A stretch of DNA of 57,653 bases from an uncultured Muribaculaceae bacterium (lineage in GTDB: Bacteria; Bacillota_I; Bacilli_A; RF39; UBA660): NCBI GenBank assembly GCA_964402155.1, contig CAYOAY010000001.1, positions 1 through 57,653 on the forward strand, read 5' to 3'. A program made the position numbers and the translations under genes. How positions within the stretch are numbered: position 1 is the first letter of the stretch; every line of letters begins with the position of its first letter. Below the pieces are notes generated by a model. It was not told the DNA's origin, did not search any database, and was given only the letters and a program-made list of their open reading frames with translations. Positions 9,548 through 17,761 of the stretch are shown here, piece after piece.

Positions 9548-11200
9548 TTATACCATTTCTTGTTTTTCAGGTACATTATTCCAATAATATGTACCATCTA
9601 CTTTTTTATTTGCAATCCAACTAAAGTCAGTTCTTGTGCCATCATATTCAGGATATTTAGGTGAACCATAGCCAGTAATTCTTGCGTCATTTATACTCCA
9701 ACGCCATACATCAACTCTATTGCTTGCATTACCTTCAATTGTATAAACATAGTTAGCATCAGAATATACTACCATACCAGTATGAGATGAACCAGCGCTT
9801 AAGAAAAATACAACATCACCAGATTTTGGTTGATAGCCTTTTTTATCATGGAAAATACCTTGTGATTTACACCATTCAGCACCAGTATAAACACTACAAT
9901 ATTTTAATAATAACTCATTACTTAAACCGGCATGATACCAACACCAAGAAACAAACATTGCGCACCATGGTCCTTCCATATTATACCAATGATTATACTT
10001 TGTATCATTTACATATTCACCACTTACTGAATCATATCTTTCAACATAACCTTGTTCACCAAGAGCAATCTTTAAAACTCTATCTATATAATCAACATTT
10101 GCTTCGCCTTCAATTTTTAAACGATATATTGATTTATTTTTTGGATTATCAGTTTCATAAGCATAAATTGTTGCTAAGCCTTCACCGATTGCCATAAATA
10201 CATCATCATATATATATCTAATCATTTCTTGATTAGTACTACCTAATGTCATATCTTCAATACTATATCCATCATTTAACTTAATATGTATTTGGTCACC
10301 ACAAGCAATACTTCCTAAATATTCTTCTTTAATAGATAATTTTAAATCAGTGTTATCTTTATTAATTACTTCAAGCTTATATGTAGATTTAACTAAATCA
10401 TTAGTTTTTGATGAAACAGTTAAAATGGTTTCCCCAACCCTAACAGCCGTAACTGAATAATCATCATTTAAAACAAAATTATCATTACTTAATTCCCAGT
10501 TAAAATCGCTTAATTCATTTCCTTTAGTAACACCTAAATTAAATATATCTAAATATGCTTTTTCAGAAATATATAATCTATCACTTGTTGAAAAAATTTT
10601 AGGACAATCTTCTATAACCTCAATTGTCGTATAGATTGCGGAAGTAGGATTAGATTTTAAACTAATAAATAAATCTGCTTTTCCAATTCCAAGTGGATTA
10701 ATTCGATATTGATTATCTACCATAATAACATTATCACTCATAACTTGAATATTTAAAGAATTATAATCATCAAAATCTTTAAGTCTTAAAGCAATAGAAC
10801 CGTTCATTTCCATATAATTGCTAGATAAATTAAAAGTAGGTATTTCATTTATATTAGAACTTTCAACAACAGTAACTTTTTTCGTTAATACTTTTGTAGA
10901 ATTAAAGTCATAAATCGAAATTAATGTTTCTCCTAAATTCTTTGCATATATATAATTACCATAATTTAACAAATTATCATTATCTAATTTAATTGAATAA
11001 CCAAAATTTTGAATTTCATCTTCATAATCATTTATAGTTAATTTAATCTTATCAAAATACCCTTGTTCAATAGTCTCTCCTATATTAATTTTAATATCTG
11101 TTTCTTCATCAAAAGTAGGTTTATCATCATCTTTTTTGCTACAACCCACAATTAAAAATAAACAAAAAAATAAAATTAAGTATCTAAATTTAAATTTCAT
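9548..11200 (-). CDS. Lipoprotein with Ig-like repeats and a C-terminal CHAP cell-wall hydrolase domain
   Basis: Lipobox LIVGC after MKFKFRYLILFF. The C-terminus has a Cys nucleophile context (PWCAMFVSWCWYHAG) and a His context (GDVVFF..SSHTGMVV..IEGN) typical of CHAP. RBS GGAAGGAG. Confidence 0.75.
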   Translation of the reverse strand: MKFKFRYLILFFCLFLIVGCSKKDDDKPTFDEETDIKINIGETIEQGYFDKIKLTINDYEDEIQNFGYSIKLDNDNLLNYGNYIYAKNLGETLISIYDFNSTKVLTKKVTVVESSNINEIPTFNLSSNYMEMNGSIALRLKDFDDYNSLNIQVMSDNVIMVDNQYRINPLGIGKADLFISLKSNPTSAIYTTIEVIEDCPKIFSTSDRLYISEKAYLDIFNLGVTKGNELSDFNWELSNDNFVLNDDYSVTAVRVGETILTVSSKTNDLVKSTYKLEVINKDNTDLKLSIKEEYLGSIACGDQIHIKLNDGYSIEDMTLGSTNQEMIRYIYDDVFMAIGEGLATIYAYETDNPKNKSIYRLKIEGEANVDYIDRVLKIALGEQGYVERYDSVSGEYVNDTKYNHWYNMEGPWCAMFVSWCWYHAGLSNELLLKYCSVYTGAEWCKSQGIFHDKKGYQPKSGDVVFFLSAGSSHTGMVVYSDANYVYTIEGNASNRVDVWRWSINDARITGYGSPKYPEYDGTRTDFSWIANKKVDGTYYWNNVPEKQEMV

Positions 11201-11342
11201 TTTATACTCCTTCCAAAACATTTATTAATACTATTTACTGATATACCAATTATATCATATTTTATTTTTAAGTCAACTACTTAAAGTATATATTGTCACA
11301 ATTTGTATTTTTTTTGTTATAATATATTCAAGGAGAATAATT

Positions 11343-12143
11343 ATGAAAAAGAAACTATACTTATTATTAATAACACTAATTTTTGTATTTACAAGTTTTA
11401 CTGCTAGTTGTACAACAACTAAATCTGATAAAATCATTTTACCAGATTTAGAATATATGTCTAGAGAAGAAATATCTGAAGAATTAGATAAATTGAATAT
11501 TACTTATTTCTTTAAATTTGCTAATGTAATTTGTAATATGGAAGGTGACTATGATTGTTTTGTTAAATATAATAGTGGCCTTAAAGCCGGAGATGAAATA
11601 TCTAAAGATGATCAAATCTATGTATATACTACTCCACTTCGTCTAACAATAAATAATCTAGATAAAGTATCACTAACTACCGATTATGAAGGCAAAAGCT
11701 TTTTAGAAGATGGAATTGGTGAAGTTGTATTAAGTAGATGTATTGATGGTGATACAGCTTATTTCTATGATAAAGTATCTAATTCCAATGAATTAATAAA
11801 GGTAAGATTTCTAGGAATTGATACACCAGAATCTACGAGAGAACATGACCCATGGGGTGAAGCTGCTTCTAAATATACTAAAAACATTTTAACAAAAGCT
11901 AAAACAATTGTTTTAGAATCAGAAGGAGCTATTAAAGATACATATAATCGATATTTAGCGTGGGTATGGGCAGATGGTAAATTAGTAAATCTTCAAATAG
12001 TTCAAGCTGCATATTCAAATTCAACCACTTCAAAAAGTTCAAAGTATTTTGATATTATGAATTTAACAGCAACACAAGCTAAAAAAACAGGTAGAAGATT
12101 TTATGGAGAAATAGATCCTGATTATAACTATAATCAAAAATAA
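11343..12143 (+). CDS. Thermonuclease (SNase-like) family lipoprotein
   Basis: Lipobox FTASC. SNase core motifs DGDTAYF, VRFLGIDTPES and RYLAWVW. RBS AAGGAG. Confidence 0.8.
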   Translation: MKKKLYLLLITLIFVFTSFTASCTTTKSDKIILPDLEYMSREEISEELDKLNITYFFKFANVICNMEGDYDCFVKYNSGLKAGDEISKDDQIYVYTTPLRLTINNLDKVSLTTDYEGKSFLEDGIGEVVLSRCIDGDTAYFYDKVSNSNELIKVRFLGIDTPESTREHDPWGEAASKYTKNILTKAKTIVLESEGAIKDTYNRYLAWVWADGKLVNLQIVQAAYSNSTTSKSSKYFDIMNLTATQAKKTGRRFYGEIDPDYNYNQK

Positions 12144-12151
12144 TTAAATGC

Positions 12152-12180
12152 TTGCAAAAGTAAAAGAAATGTGATAGAAT
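12152..12180 (+). promoter_or_regulatory. Sigma-A-type promoter for tRNA-Thr
   Basis: TTGCAA, 17 nt spacer, then TGaTAGAAT (extended -10), ending 10 nt before the tRNA 5' end. Confidence 0.6.
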
Positions 12181-12190
12181 ACTTTACGAT

Positions 12191-12266
12191 GCTGGGATAG
12201 CTCAGTTGGTAGAGCAACTGACTCGTAATCAGTAGGTCGTAGGTTCAATTCCCATTCTCAGCACCA
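12191..12266 (+). tRNA. tRNA-Thr (anticodon CGT)
   Basis: Manual cloverleaf. Acceptor GCTGGGA/TCTCAGC. D arm GCTC-AGTTGGTA-GAGC. Anticodon arm ACTGA-CTCGTAA-TCAGT. Variable loop AGGTC. T arm GTAGG-TTCAATT-CCCAT (one mismatch). CCA is encoded. Confidence 0.9.
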
Positions 12267-12311
12267 TTTTAAAAAGCATAGGTTTGATGCATAAGCAATC
12301 AGACCTTTTTT
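12267..12311 (+). repeat. Copy 1 of the ~45-bp tRNA-distal repeat (also an intrinsic terminator hairpin)
   Basis: TTTTAAAAAGCATAGGTTTGATGCATAAGCAATCAGACCTTTTTT. The hairpin AGGTTTGAT..ATCAGACCT is followed by a T-run. Near-identical copies lie at 13778 and 14748. Confidence 0.85.
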
Positions 12312-12380
12312 CTTTACCTGATTGATACAACTACTCGACAAAGTTTACTGTAACTCCTTATTCAACATGTGCCTAAAGTA

Positions 12381-12409
12381 TTGACAATAGGCATATAATA
12401 TGATATAAT
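12381..12409 (+). promoter_or_regulatory. Consensus sigma-A promoter of the relB-parE cassette
   Basis: TTGACA, 17 nt spacer, then TGATATAAT. Confidence 0.65.
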
Positions 12410-12438
12410 AAAGCATAATAAGTTAGGAGGATTCAGAA

Positions 12439-12735
12439 ATGAAGATAAGTGTGAATATTAAAATGGAAGAGAGTATAAGAGATCAAGCCAAGGACCTGTT
12501 TGCGAAAATGGGTTTGGATATGACAACTGCGGTCAATATGTTTTTGCTTGCAGCACTTCGTGAAAAGAAGATTCCGTTTGAAGTCAGTGCGGTATCTAAA
12601 ACAGATGATGAAGCTAAGTATGAAAAGTTTTTCGCACAAAAATTAAGAACGGCGGAAGAACAAGAAAGTGCTGGAATAATGCATAATTTCGATGATTTTA
12701 TGCAAGAGGTAGATAGCCGTTATGACGATAGATAA
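12439..12735 (+). CDS. Type II antitoxin, RelB/DinJ family
   Basis: 98 aa. N-terminal ribbon-helix-helix-type sequence (NIKMEESIRDQAKDLFAKMGLDMTTAVNMFLLAALREKKIPFEV). AGGAGG RBS. The 3' end overlaps the toxin gene by 14 nt. Confidence 0.8.
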   Translation: MKISVNIKMEESIRDQAKDLFAKMGLDMTTAVNMFLLAALREKKIPFEVSAVSKTDDEAKYEKFFAQKLRTAEEQESAGIMHNFDDFMQEVDSRYDDR

Positions 12736-13057
12736 TTATACAGCGGTCATTTTACCACAAGCGGAAAAAGACATTACAGAAATATTGGACTATATAACAA
12801 CCGAGTTTTCTAACTCGATGGCAGCAAGAAATTTATGGGTAGACATAAAAGAAGCGATCGGAAGGGCAAAAATGTTTCCGTATGCGATGCCGCTACTCAA
12901 GAATGAACGAATCACGCTGGGGAAAGAGTACAAACGATTGGATGTCAACAACTACGTTGTGATTTATAAAGTGGTTGAAGAATTGAAACAAATTCGTATA
13001 TTCGCTGTTTTTTATGGGCCGTCCAACGTAATGGCGAAAGTATTAAACAGAATATAA
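12722..13057 (+). CDS. Type II toxin, RelE/ParE family
   Basis: 111 aa, with size, position and sequence pattern (ILPQAEKDITEILDYI...YVVIYKV..E..QIRIFAVFYG) typical of ParE/RelE toxins. Confidence 0.8.
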   Translation: MTIDNYTAVILPQAEKDITEILDYITTEFSNSMAARNLWVDIKEAIGRAKMFPYAMPLLKNERITLGKEYKRLDVNNYVVIYKVVEELKQIRIFAVFYGPSNVMAKVLNRI

Positions 13058-13095
13058 AGCCGAAAAGCAAATATTAGTTAAGGATTTAAAAAATA

Positions 13096-13683
13096 AATGA
13101 ATATATAGATTTAACTTTAGACAATATTGAAAAAGAACATATATGTTGTACAATAGACGACAAAAAGCATCAAGAAGGTGTTGATAAAAAAAGAATGGAT
13201 AAAAAGTAAGTTAAAAGACGGTCACGTATTTAGAAAACTAAATGCTAGAGGTAAGATATTTATTGAAGCGGAATATGCACCCTTGTTTCTAAAAAGAAAA
13301 AACCATTTATAGGAAATAAGAAATTTTTTGAGCGTTTAGGTTTTAAGGTTGTTGATAGTATTGCCGATTACGAATTATTAGCCTTACAATTTGATACTAA
13401 TGAATCACCCAGATTTAATGATACTGCTAAACTTATGAAGATAAATAATCAGCAATTTACTATTTATTATAGTAACGAATGTCCTTACGAAGAATATGAA
13501 GTAAAAGAATTAGCAGATTATGCGAAAGAAAATAACATAACGATTGATTTTATTAAAATAGATTCATTAGAGAAAGCAAAAAATGCACCTTGTTTTTTTA
13601 ACAACTGGGCTAATTTTTATAAAGGAGAGCTTGTATCTAATACGATATTAAACGCAAATTCATTTGAAAAGTTAATTAAATAA
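13096..13683 (+). pseudogene. Degraded YoaP-like GNAT N-acetyltransferase
   Basis: Fragments appear in different frames: NEYIDLTLDNIEKEHICCTIDDKKHQEG, then ..LKDGHVFRKLNARGKIFIE.., then ..KKPFIGNKKFFERLGFKVVDSIADYELL... An intact YoaP-like C-terminal domain ORF follows (13435-13683, FTIYYSNECPY). There are premature stops, and the acetyl-CoA-binding core appears deleted. Confidence 0.65.
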
Positions 13684-13777
13684 CAAATTCCAATTTATAG
13701 GTGAACTCACTTTCTTCTTACTGTACGCATAATTTAATAGTGTACGCAAATAGTATTAAAATAGGTAGTGGCACATA

Positions 13778-13822
13778 TTTTAAAAAGCATAGGTTTGATG
13801 CGTAAGCAATCAGACCTTTTTT
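13778..13822 (+). repeat. Copy 2 of the tRNA-distal repeat/terminator
   Basis: TTTTAAAAAGCATAGGTTTGATGCGTAAGCAATCAGACCTTTTTT, with one mismatch to copy 1. The ~95 nt to its left also resemble the region left of copy 3. Confidence 0.85.
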
Positions 13823-13949
13823 CTATACATAAATAGATCATTTTATCTGTAATGCCAATTTAACTCTTGTAAAAAGTGTCATTAGTGTTCTTCTAAGAAT
13901 TCAATATAATAATCTAGATTTTTGCAAGTAAGTAGCAACAACAAGTTGC

Positions 13950-13978
13950 TTGTCAATGCTAATCGATTGTGATACAAT
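13950..13978 (+). promoter_or_regulatory. Promoter of the XRE-zinc-ribbon gene with an adjacent inverted repeat
   Basis: TTGTCA, 17 nt spacer, then TGATACAAT. The inverted repeat AGCAAC-aacaa-GTTGCT (13934-13950) overlaps the -35 element and is a possible operator. Confidence 0.5.
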
Positions 13979-14007
13979 ATAATTACAACCTAGGAGGATA
14001 TAATTAT

Positions 14008-14667
14008 ATGAAAACAAAGGATATAATTTTCGAACTCAGAACAAAAAAAGGACTATCACAAGAGGAACTTGCAGAAAAGGTATTCGTAACAAGACAAGCG
14101 GTTTCTCGGTGGGAAACTGGCGAAACAACACCTAACATCGATACGCTTAAACTTCTTTCAAAATTTTTTGACGTTTCTATCAACACTCTTTTGGGGTCTC
14201 CAAGAAAACTGATATGTCAATGTTGCGGAATGCCCCTTGACGACTGCACAACCAGCCACGAAACCGATGGTAGTTTTAATGAAGAATATTGCAAATGGTG
14301 CTATAATGAAGGCGAATACACGCTTGATATTTGGAAACAATATGGTGATAGCAGTAGAAAAGAAAAACTTGAAGAATTAAAAAAACAACTAATGTACGAA
14401 TTCAATACACTTTTAAATATTGAGAAATTGCCAAAGGTTGAACAATTAAACGTGTTATCGGGCGAATTTATCAATATGGAATACATGCTTCCCAACGGCA
14501 CCAAGGCTAAATTTCTTGACGACAAAAAAACGTATCTCGGCAATCAACTTGAAAGCGAATTTGGCGGTAGATGCTTTGGTATAGCCGCAAACATGGACTT
14601 CCTTCTCATATGCACTTATGAAGAAAATGGTAAGAATCCAGAGTTAGTAATTTACAAAAAGAGATAA
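14008..14667 (+). CDS. XRE-family HTH regulator fused to a putative zinc-ribbon domain and an uncharacterised C-terminal domain
   Basis: The HTH is LSQEELAEKVFVTRQAVSRWETGETTPNIDTLKLLSKFFDVSINTLLG. The Cys pairs are CQCCGMPL...EEYCKWCYNEG. ATG lies 8 nt after AGGAGG. The ORF-track GTG start at 13969 falls inside the promoter. Confidence 0.8.
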   Translation: MKTKDIIFELRTKKGLSQEELAEKVFVTRQAVSRWETGETTPNIDTLKLLSKFFDVSINTLLGSPRKLICQCCGMPLDDCTTSHETDGSFNEEYCKWCYNEGEYTLDIWKQYGDSSRKEKLEELKKQLMYEFNTLLNIEKLPKVEQLNVLSGEFINMEYMLPNGTKAKFLDDKKTYLGNQLESEFGGRCFGIAANMDFLLICTYEENGKNPELVIYKKR

Positions 14668-14747
14668 TCCAATTTAACTAATGAGTATACTCATTTTAAT
14701 CTATCGAACGTAAATTTAGTATAGAATCAAAATTAAAATGGCACACA

Positions 14748-14792
14748 TTTAAAAAGAATAGGTTTGATGCGTAAGCAATCAGACCTTTTTTT
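14748..14792 (+). repeat. Copy 3 of the tRNA-distal repeat/terminator
   Basis: TTTAAAAAGAATAGGTTTGATGCGTAAGCAATCAGACCTTTTTTT. Confidence 0.85.
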
Positions 14793-14935
14793 ACAAAGAA
14801 CTCCGAGGGCGAATTATATATATGGTACAAAAATACGATATTCATTTTGATAAAGAATCTAATTAGATTGCTCACTTAACTTAACAAAAAATGCTCAGTT
14901 TGTTATAATTAAATAAAAAGGAAGGAGGTTAAACT

Positions 14936-16226
14936 ATGAGTATAATATCAGACAAAACTGAGTATAAAAGAAGAGTTATAGATACAACGATTGAAACATA
15001 TTTAGAAGTTAGTGGTGCAGTTTGTATTGAGGAACCTAAATGGTGTGGCAAAACTTGGACATCTGCATTTCATTCCCATAGTGAGTTTTTAGTTGGAGAT
15101 TCTACTAATAATTTTTCAAACAAGCAACTTGCAGAGTTAAATCCTTCTTTAATTTTACAAGGTGCAACACCTCGTATGATTGACGAATGGCAAGAAGTTT
15201 CATTGATTTAGGATGCAACACGAGCTGAAATAGATAAGCGTCATAAAAAAGCACAAATTATTTTAACAGGTTCATCGACCCCAAGAACGAAGGGAATTAT
15301 GCATACTGGTTCGGGTAGAATTGTAAGACTTAGAATGAATACAATGTCATTATATGAATCCGACGATTCATCTGAAAAAATCAGTCTAAAGGAGCTTTGT
15401 GATGATAAATTTGCAATGCAAATGCTTGATGAAGTGCCACTTAAAAAACTTGCAATTTATATTGTGCGTGGTGGTTGGTCCGAAAACATTTCTGTTGATG
15501 ATAAAAAAGTTCATTTAATGCCGCGAGCTTATATTGATAACTAAATAAGTGAAGACTTAAACAGTCTAAATGACGGTGTAAAATACGATAAACATAAAAC
15601 AACTCTTCTTCTTAAATCACTTGCAAAAAATGAATCTACTACTGTATCTGATTTGTCTTTACTAAAGGATATTATTGAACAAGATAGTGAATCTATGAGC
15701 AGAAATACAATAGCAAAATATCTTGAAGCCTTGAATTGCTTGTTTATTTTAAATAATCAAGCTCCATTTTCTCCGAATCTGCGTTCGTCACTTCGAGTAA
15801 AACAATCAGAAAAGAGCCATTTTTACGATCCAGCGATGGCTGCAACTTTATTAAACGTTACACCTGAGAAATTGCTTGGCGACTTAAATACTTTCGGATT
15901 CTTATTTGAAGGACTTGTAGAACGTGATTTAGCAATTTATGCTCAATCTTTTGGAGCAAAGTTGTTTCATTATCAGGACTATAAAAATAATGAAATAGAT
16001 GCTGTAATAAAACTTGAAAATAGCGATTGGTGTGCATTTGAAATTAAGCTTAGCACAAAGAAAATCGATGAAGGTATAAAAAAATCTAATTAAAGTATGC
16101 AATGATATCGAAAAAATTGGCGGTAAACCACCAAAGATTAAATGCGTAATCTGCGGTTTATCCAATGCGGCATATCAAAGACCAGATGGGGTTTATGTTG
16201 TCCCCATTACAACATTAAAAAACTAA
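14936..16226 (+). pseudogene. Disrupted AAA-ATPase (AAA_14 + DUF4143-type ATP-binding protein)
   Basis: The homologous reading frame is split. TAG at 15209 interrupts ..DEWQEVSLI*DATR.. (the position of a conserved Trp). There is an in-frame TAA at 15542, a near-Walker A motif EEPKWCGKTW, and a frameshift near 16085 before the C-terminal piece ..KCVICGLSNAAYQRPDGVYVVPITTLKN. Confidence 0.7.
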
Positions 16227-16430
16227 GATTATTAATCACTTACTAATTAAACTATACAAAATAGTTTTAAGGAAAATAATTAAATAATAAAATTAGTTGC
16301 GGAATAAGTAAACAATATCGCCATTTTTTAAAGGAAACTAACTAGTTTAATAATATTATCTAATTCAATAACTGTTAAGATAAATGTTAATTTAATTACT
16401 ACCTTTATTCTTATAATCACACCTAAAGTA

Positions 16431-16460
16431 AAAAGTGACAAACATCAAGCCGTCACTTTT
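16431..16460 (-). terminator. Intrinsic terminator downstream of the ttcA-like gene (bidirectional appearance)
   Basis: AAAGTGAC-12 nt-GTCACTTT, flanked by A- and T-runs. Confidence 0.6.
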
Positions 16461-16495
16461 TATTTTAAAAATATTGCAAGAGAATATATATTATA

Positions 16496-17326
16496 TTAAT
16501 TATTACTTTTTTTCTTATAATCATCTAAAAAGTTATAAGACATATTATCATTATGATAACCAATTAATGTATTTAAATTAACATCATGAACACTTCTAAA
16601 TATATTTATATCTACATTCGGATATACTTTTCTTAGATTATTTATTAACTCTTTAACTTCTTTTCTTTTTGAATTATGTTCTACTTCTACATTTTCAGTA
16701 AATCGACATGCACATTGTAAAAAATGTAAATCATTACTTTTTGCCCAACTTATGATACTTTTTTCCTTAACTAAATATAATGGACGTATTAACTCCATTC
16801 CTTCAAAATTAGTACTATGTAGTTTTGGCATCATTGTTTGAATTTGTGAACCATAAAGCATTCCCATTAAAATAGTTTCAATTACATCATCAAAATGATG
16901 ACCTAACGCTATTTTATTACATCCAAGTTTTTTAGCTTCAGAATATAAATAACCTCTTCTCATTCTTGCGCATAAATAACATGGAGATTCTTTAATATTA
17001 TTAACAACATTGAAAATATTAGTTTCAAAGAAATTTAAAGGAATATTTAAGATTTTTGCATTTTCTTCAAGTAGTTTTCGATTTTCTTCATTATATCCTG
17101 GATCCATCGAAATAAATGCTAACTCAAAATCAACATCACCATGTGCTTTAAGTTCTTGCATGCATTTTGCTAAAAGCATTGAGTCTTTTCCTCCAGATAT
17201 ACATACAGCAATCTTATCCCCTTTTTCAATCATTTGATATTCATCAATACCTCTTAAAAAAAGTCTCCATATCGTAGGTCTAAATTTCGTTATTATGCTT
17301 CTTTCTATTTCTTTATATCTTTCCAT
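16496..17326 (-). CDS. PP-loop ATPase, TtcA-like tRNA 2-thiolation family
   Basis: SGGKDS PP-loop (IAVCISGGKDSMLLAKCM). Cys motifs CYLCARMRRG and LQCACRF. Start at MERYKEI; the upstream extension is AT-rich junk. Confidence 0.75.
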   Translation of the reverse strand: MERYKEIERSIITKFRPTIWRLFLRGIDEYQMIEKGDKIAVCISGGKDSMLLAKCMQELKAHGDVDFELAFISMDPGYNEENRKLLEENAKILNIPLNFFETNIFNVVNNIKESPCYLCARMRRGYLYSEAKKLGCNKIALGHHFDDVIETILMGMLYGSQIQTMMPKLHSTNFEGMELIRPLYLVKEKSIISWAKSNDLHFLQCACRFTENVEVEHNSKRKEVKELINNLRKVYPNVDINIFRSVHDVNLNTLIGYHNDNMSYNFLDDYKKKSNN

Positions 17327-17444
17327 ATAACACCTATACTTATAAATTTTATAATTTATATTTATTATAACATAAGACTTAATCAAATTATTTTTATTTG
17401 CATAAAAATGTAAATAATTACTAATATTTTCATAATTAAATTGA

Positions 17445-17473
17445 TTGATGTATTAACAAAGATATGATATAAT
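17445..17473 (+). promoter_or_regulatory. Promoter of the unclassified structured RNA
   Basis: TTGATG, 17 nt spacer, then TGATATAAT (extended -10). Confidence 0.6.
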
Positions 17474-17479
17474 ATTTGT

Positions 17480-17701
17480 GCCTGGGGAGTTCGCTTTTTC
17501 ACAAAATTGGCGACCCGAACAAAAAAACATAGGGGACGATGATTATGTGGTGTCGAAGGCCTGCTACGGGTAGGAATCCTAAAATGTAATCTTAAGTCTA
17601 CCACCTTAGAGTAACATGCGGTGGCGCATGGTGATAACGGCTCATCTGGGTTAACTCTACATAATAATCACAAAAGATAAGTTGTTCTTATCTTTTTTTT
17701 C
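17480..17701 (+). ncRNA. Unclassified structured RNA or cis-regulatory leader (~220 nt) ending in an intrinsic terminator
   Basis: A G+C-enriched island in AT-rich intergenic DNA. Clear helices: CATGCG-GTGG-CGCATG (17615-17630), TAGAGTAAC/GTTAACTCTA (17607-17615 with 17650-17659), and GGTAG/CTACC. The terminator AAGATAAG-ttgtt-CTTATCTT plus T8 lies at 17674-17701. I could not match it to any Rfam-type consensus I know. Confidence 0.55.
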
Positions 17702-17761
17702 TTGCTTATATTTATAAATTATGATACAATATAAATATAGTTTATACAAGGAGGAACAATT

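Larger units (their letters stand above)
12267..14792 (+). mobile_element. Remnant integrated cassettes at the tRNA-Thr 3' end (two units bounded by three direct repeats; no recombinase present)
   Basis: Three direct repeats include a vestige of the tRNA 3' end (GCACCA / GGCACATA / GGCACACA). The intervening DNA is visibly G+C-richer than its surroundings. Cargo is TA and regulator genes plus pseudogenes. Confidence 0.45.

Noticed and set aside
12433-14543. Minus-strand ORFs 12433-12639, 14004-14186, 14158-14340 and 14301-14543
   Set aside because: They are antisense shadows of the relB and XRE-zinc-ribbon genes. They have low-complexity or Cys/Ser/Phe-rich translations and no RBS.
12267-16460. 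Prophage or integrative conjugative element at tRNA-Thr
   Set aside because: No integrase, excisionase, replication, structural or transfer genes are present, and the units are only ~1-1.5 kb. It is treated as remnant cassettes instead.
17383-17604. 73-aa minus-strand ORF (MVDLRLHFRIPTRSRPSTPHNHRP..)
   Set aside because: It overlaps the G+C-rich structured RNA on the opposite strand. Its Arg/Pro/His-rich composition is typical of translating structured RNA. It has no RBS and it runs into the ttcA-like promoter region.
17480-17660. Assignment of the structured RNA to a known class (T-box, c-di-AMP/ydaO, Mn yybP-ykoY, fluoride crcB, guanidine-II, SRP, 6S)
   Set aside because: There are short resemblances only (GGGGAG, CCCGAA, GAATCC, ATAACGGC..CTAC, ACGA/ACGG). 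The order and pairing of elements do not fit any consensus I can reconstruct. There is no T-box GGUGGNACCGCG adjacent to the terminator, no SRP GGAA/AGCAGC motif, and the 5' and 3' ends do not form a 6S-type closing stem.
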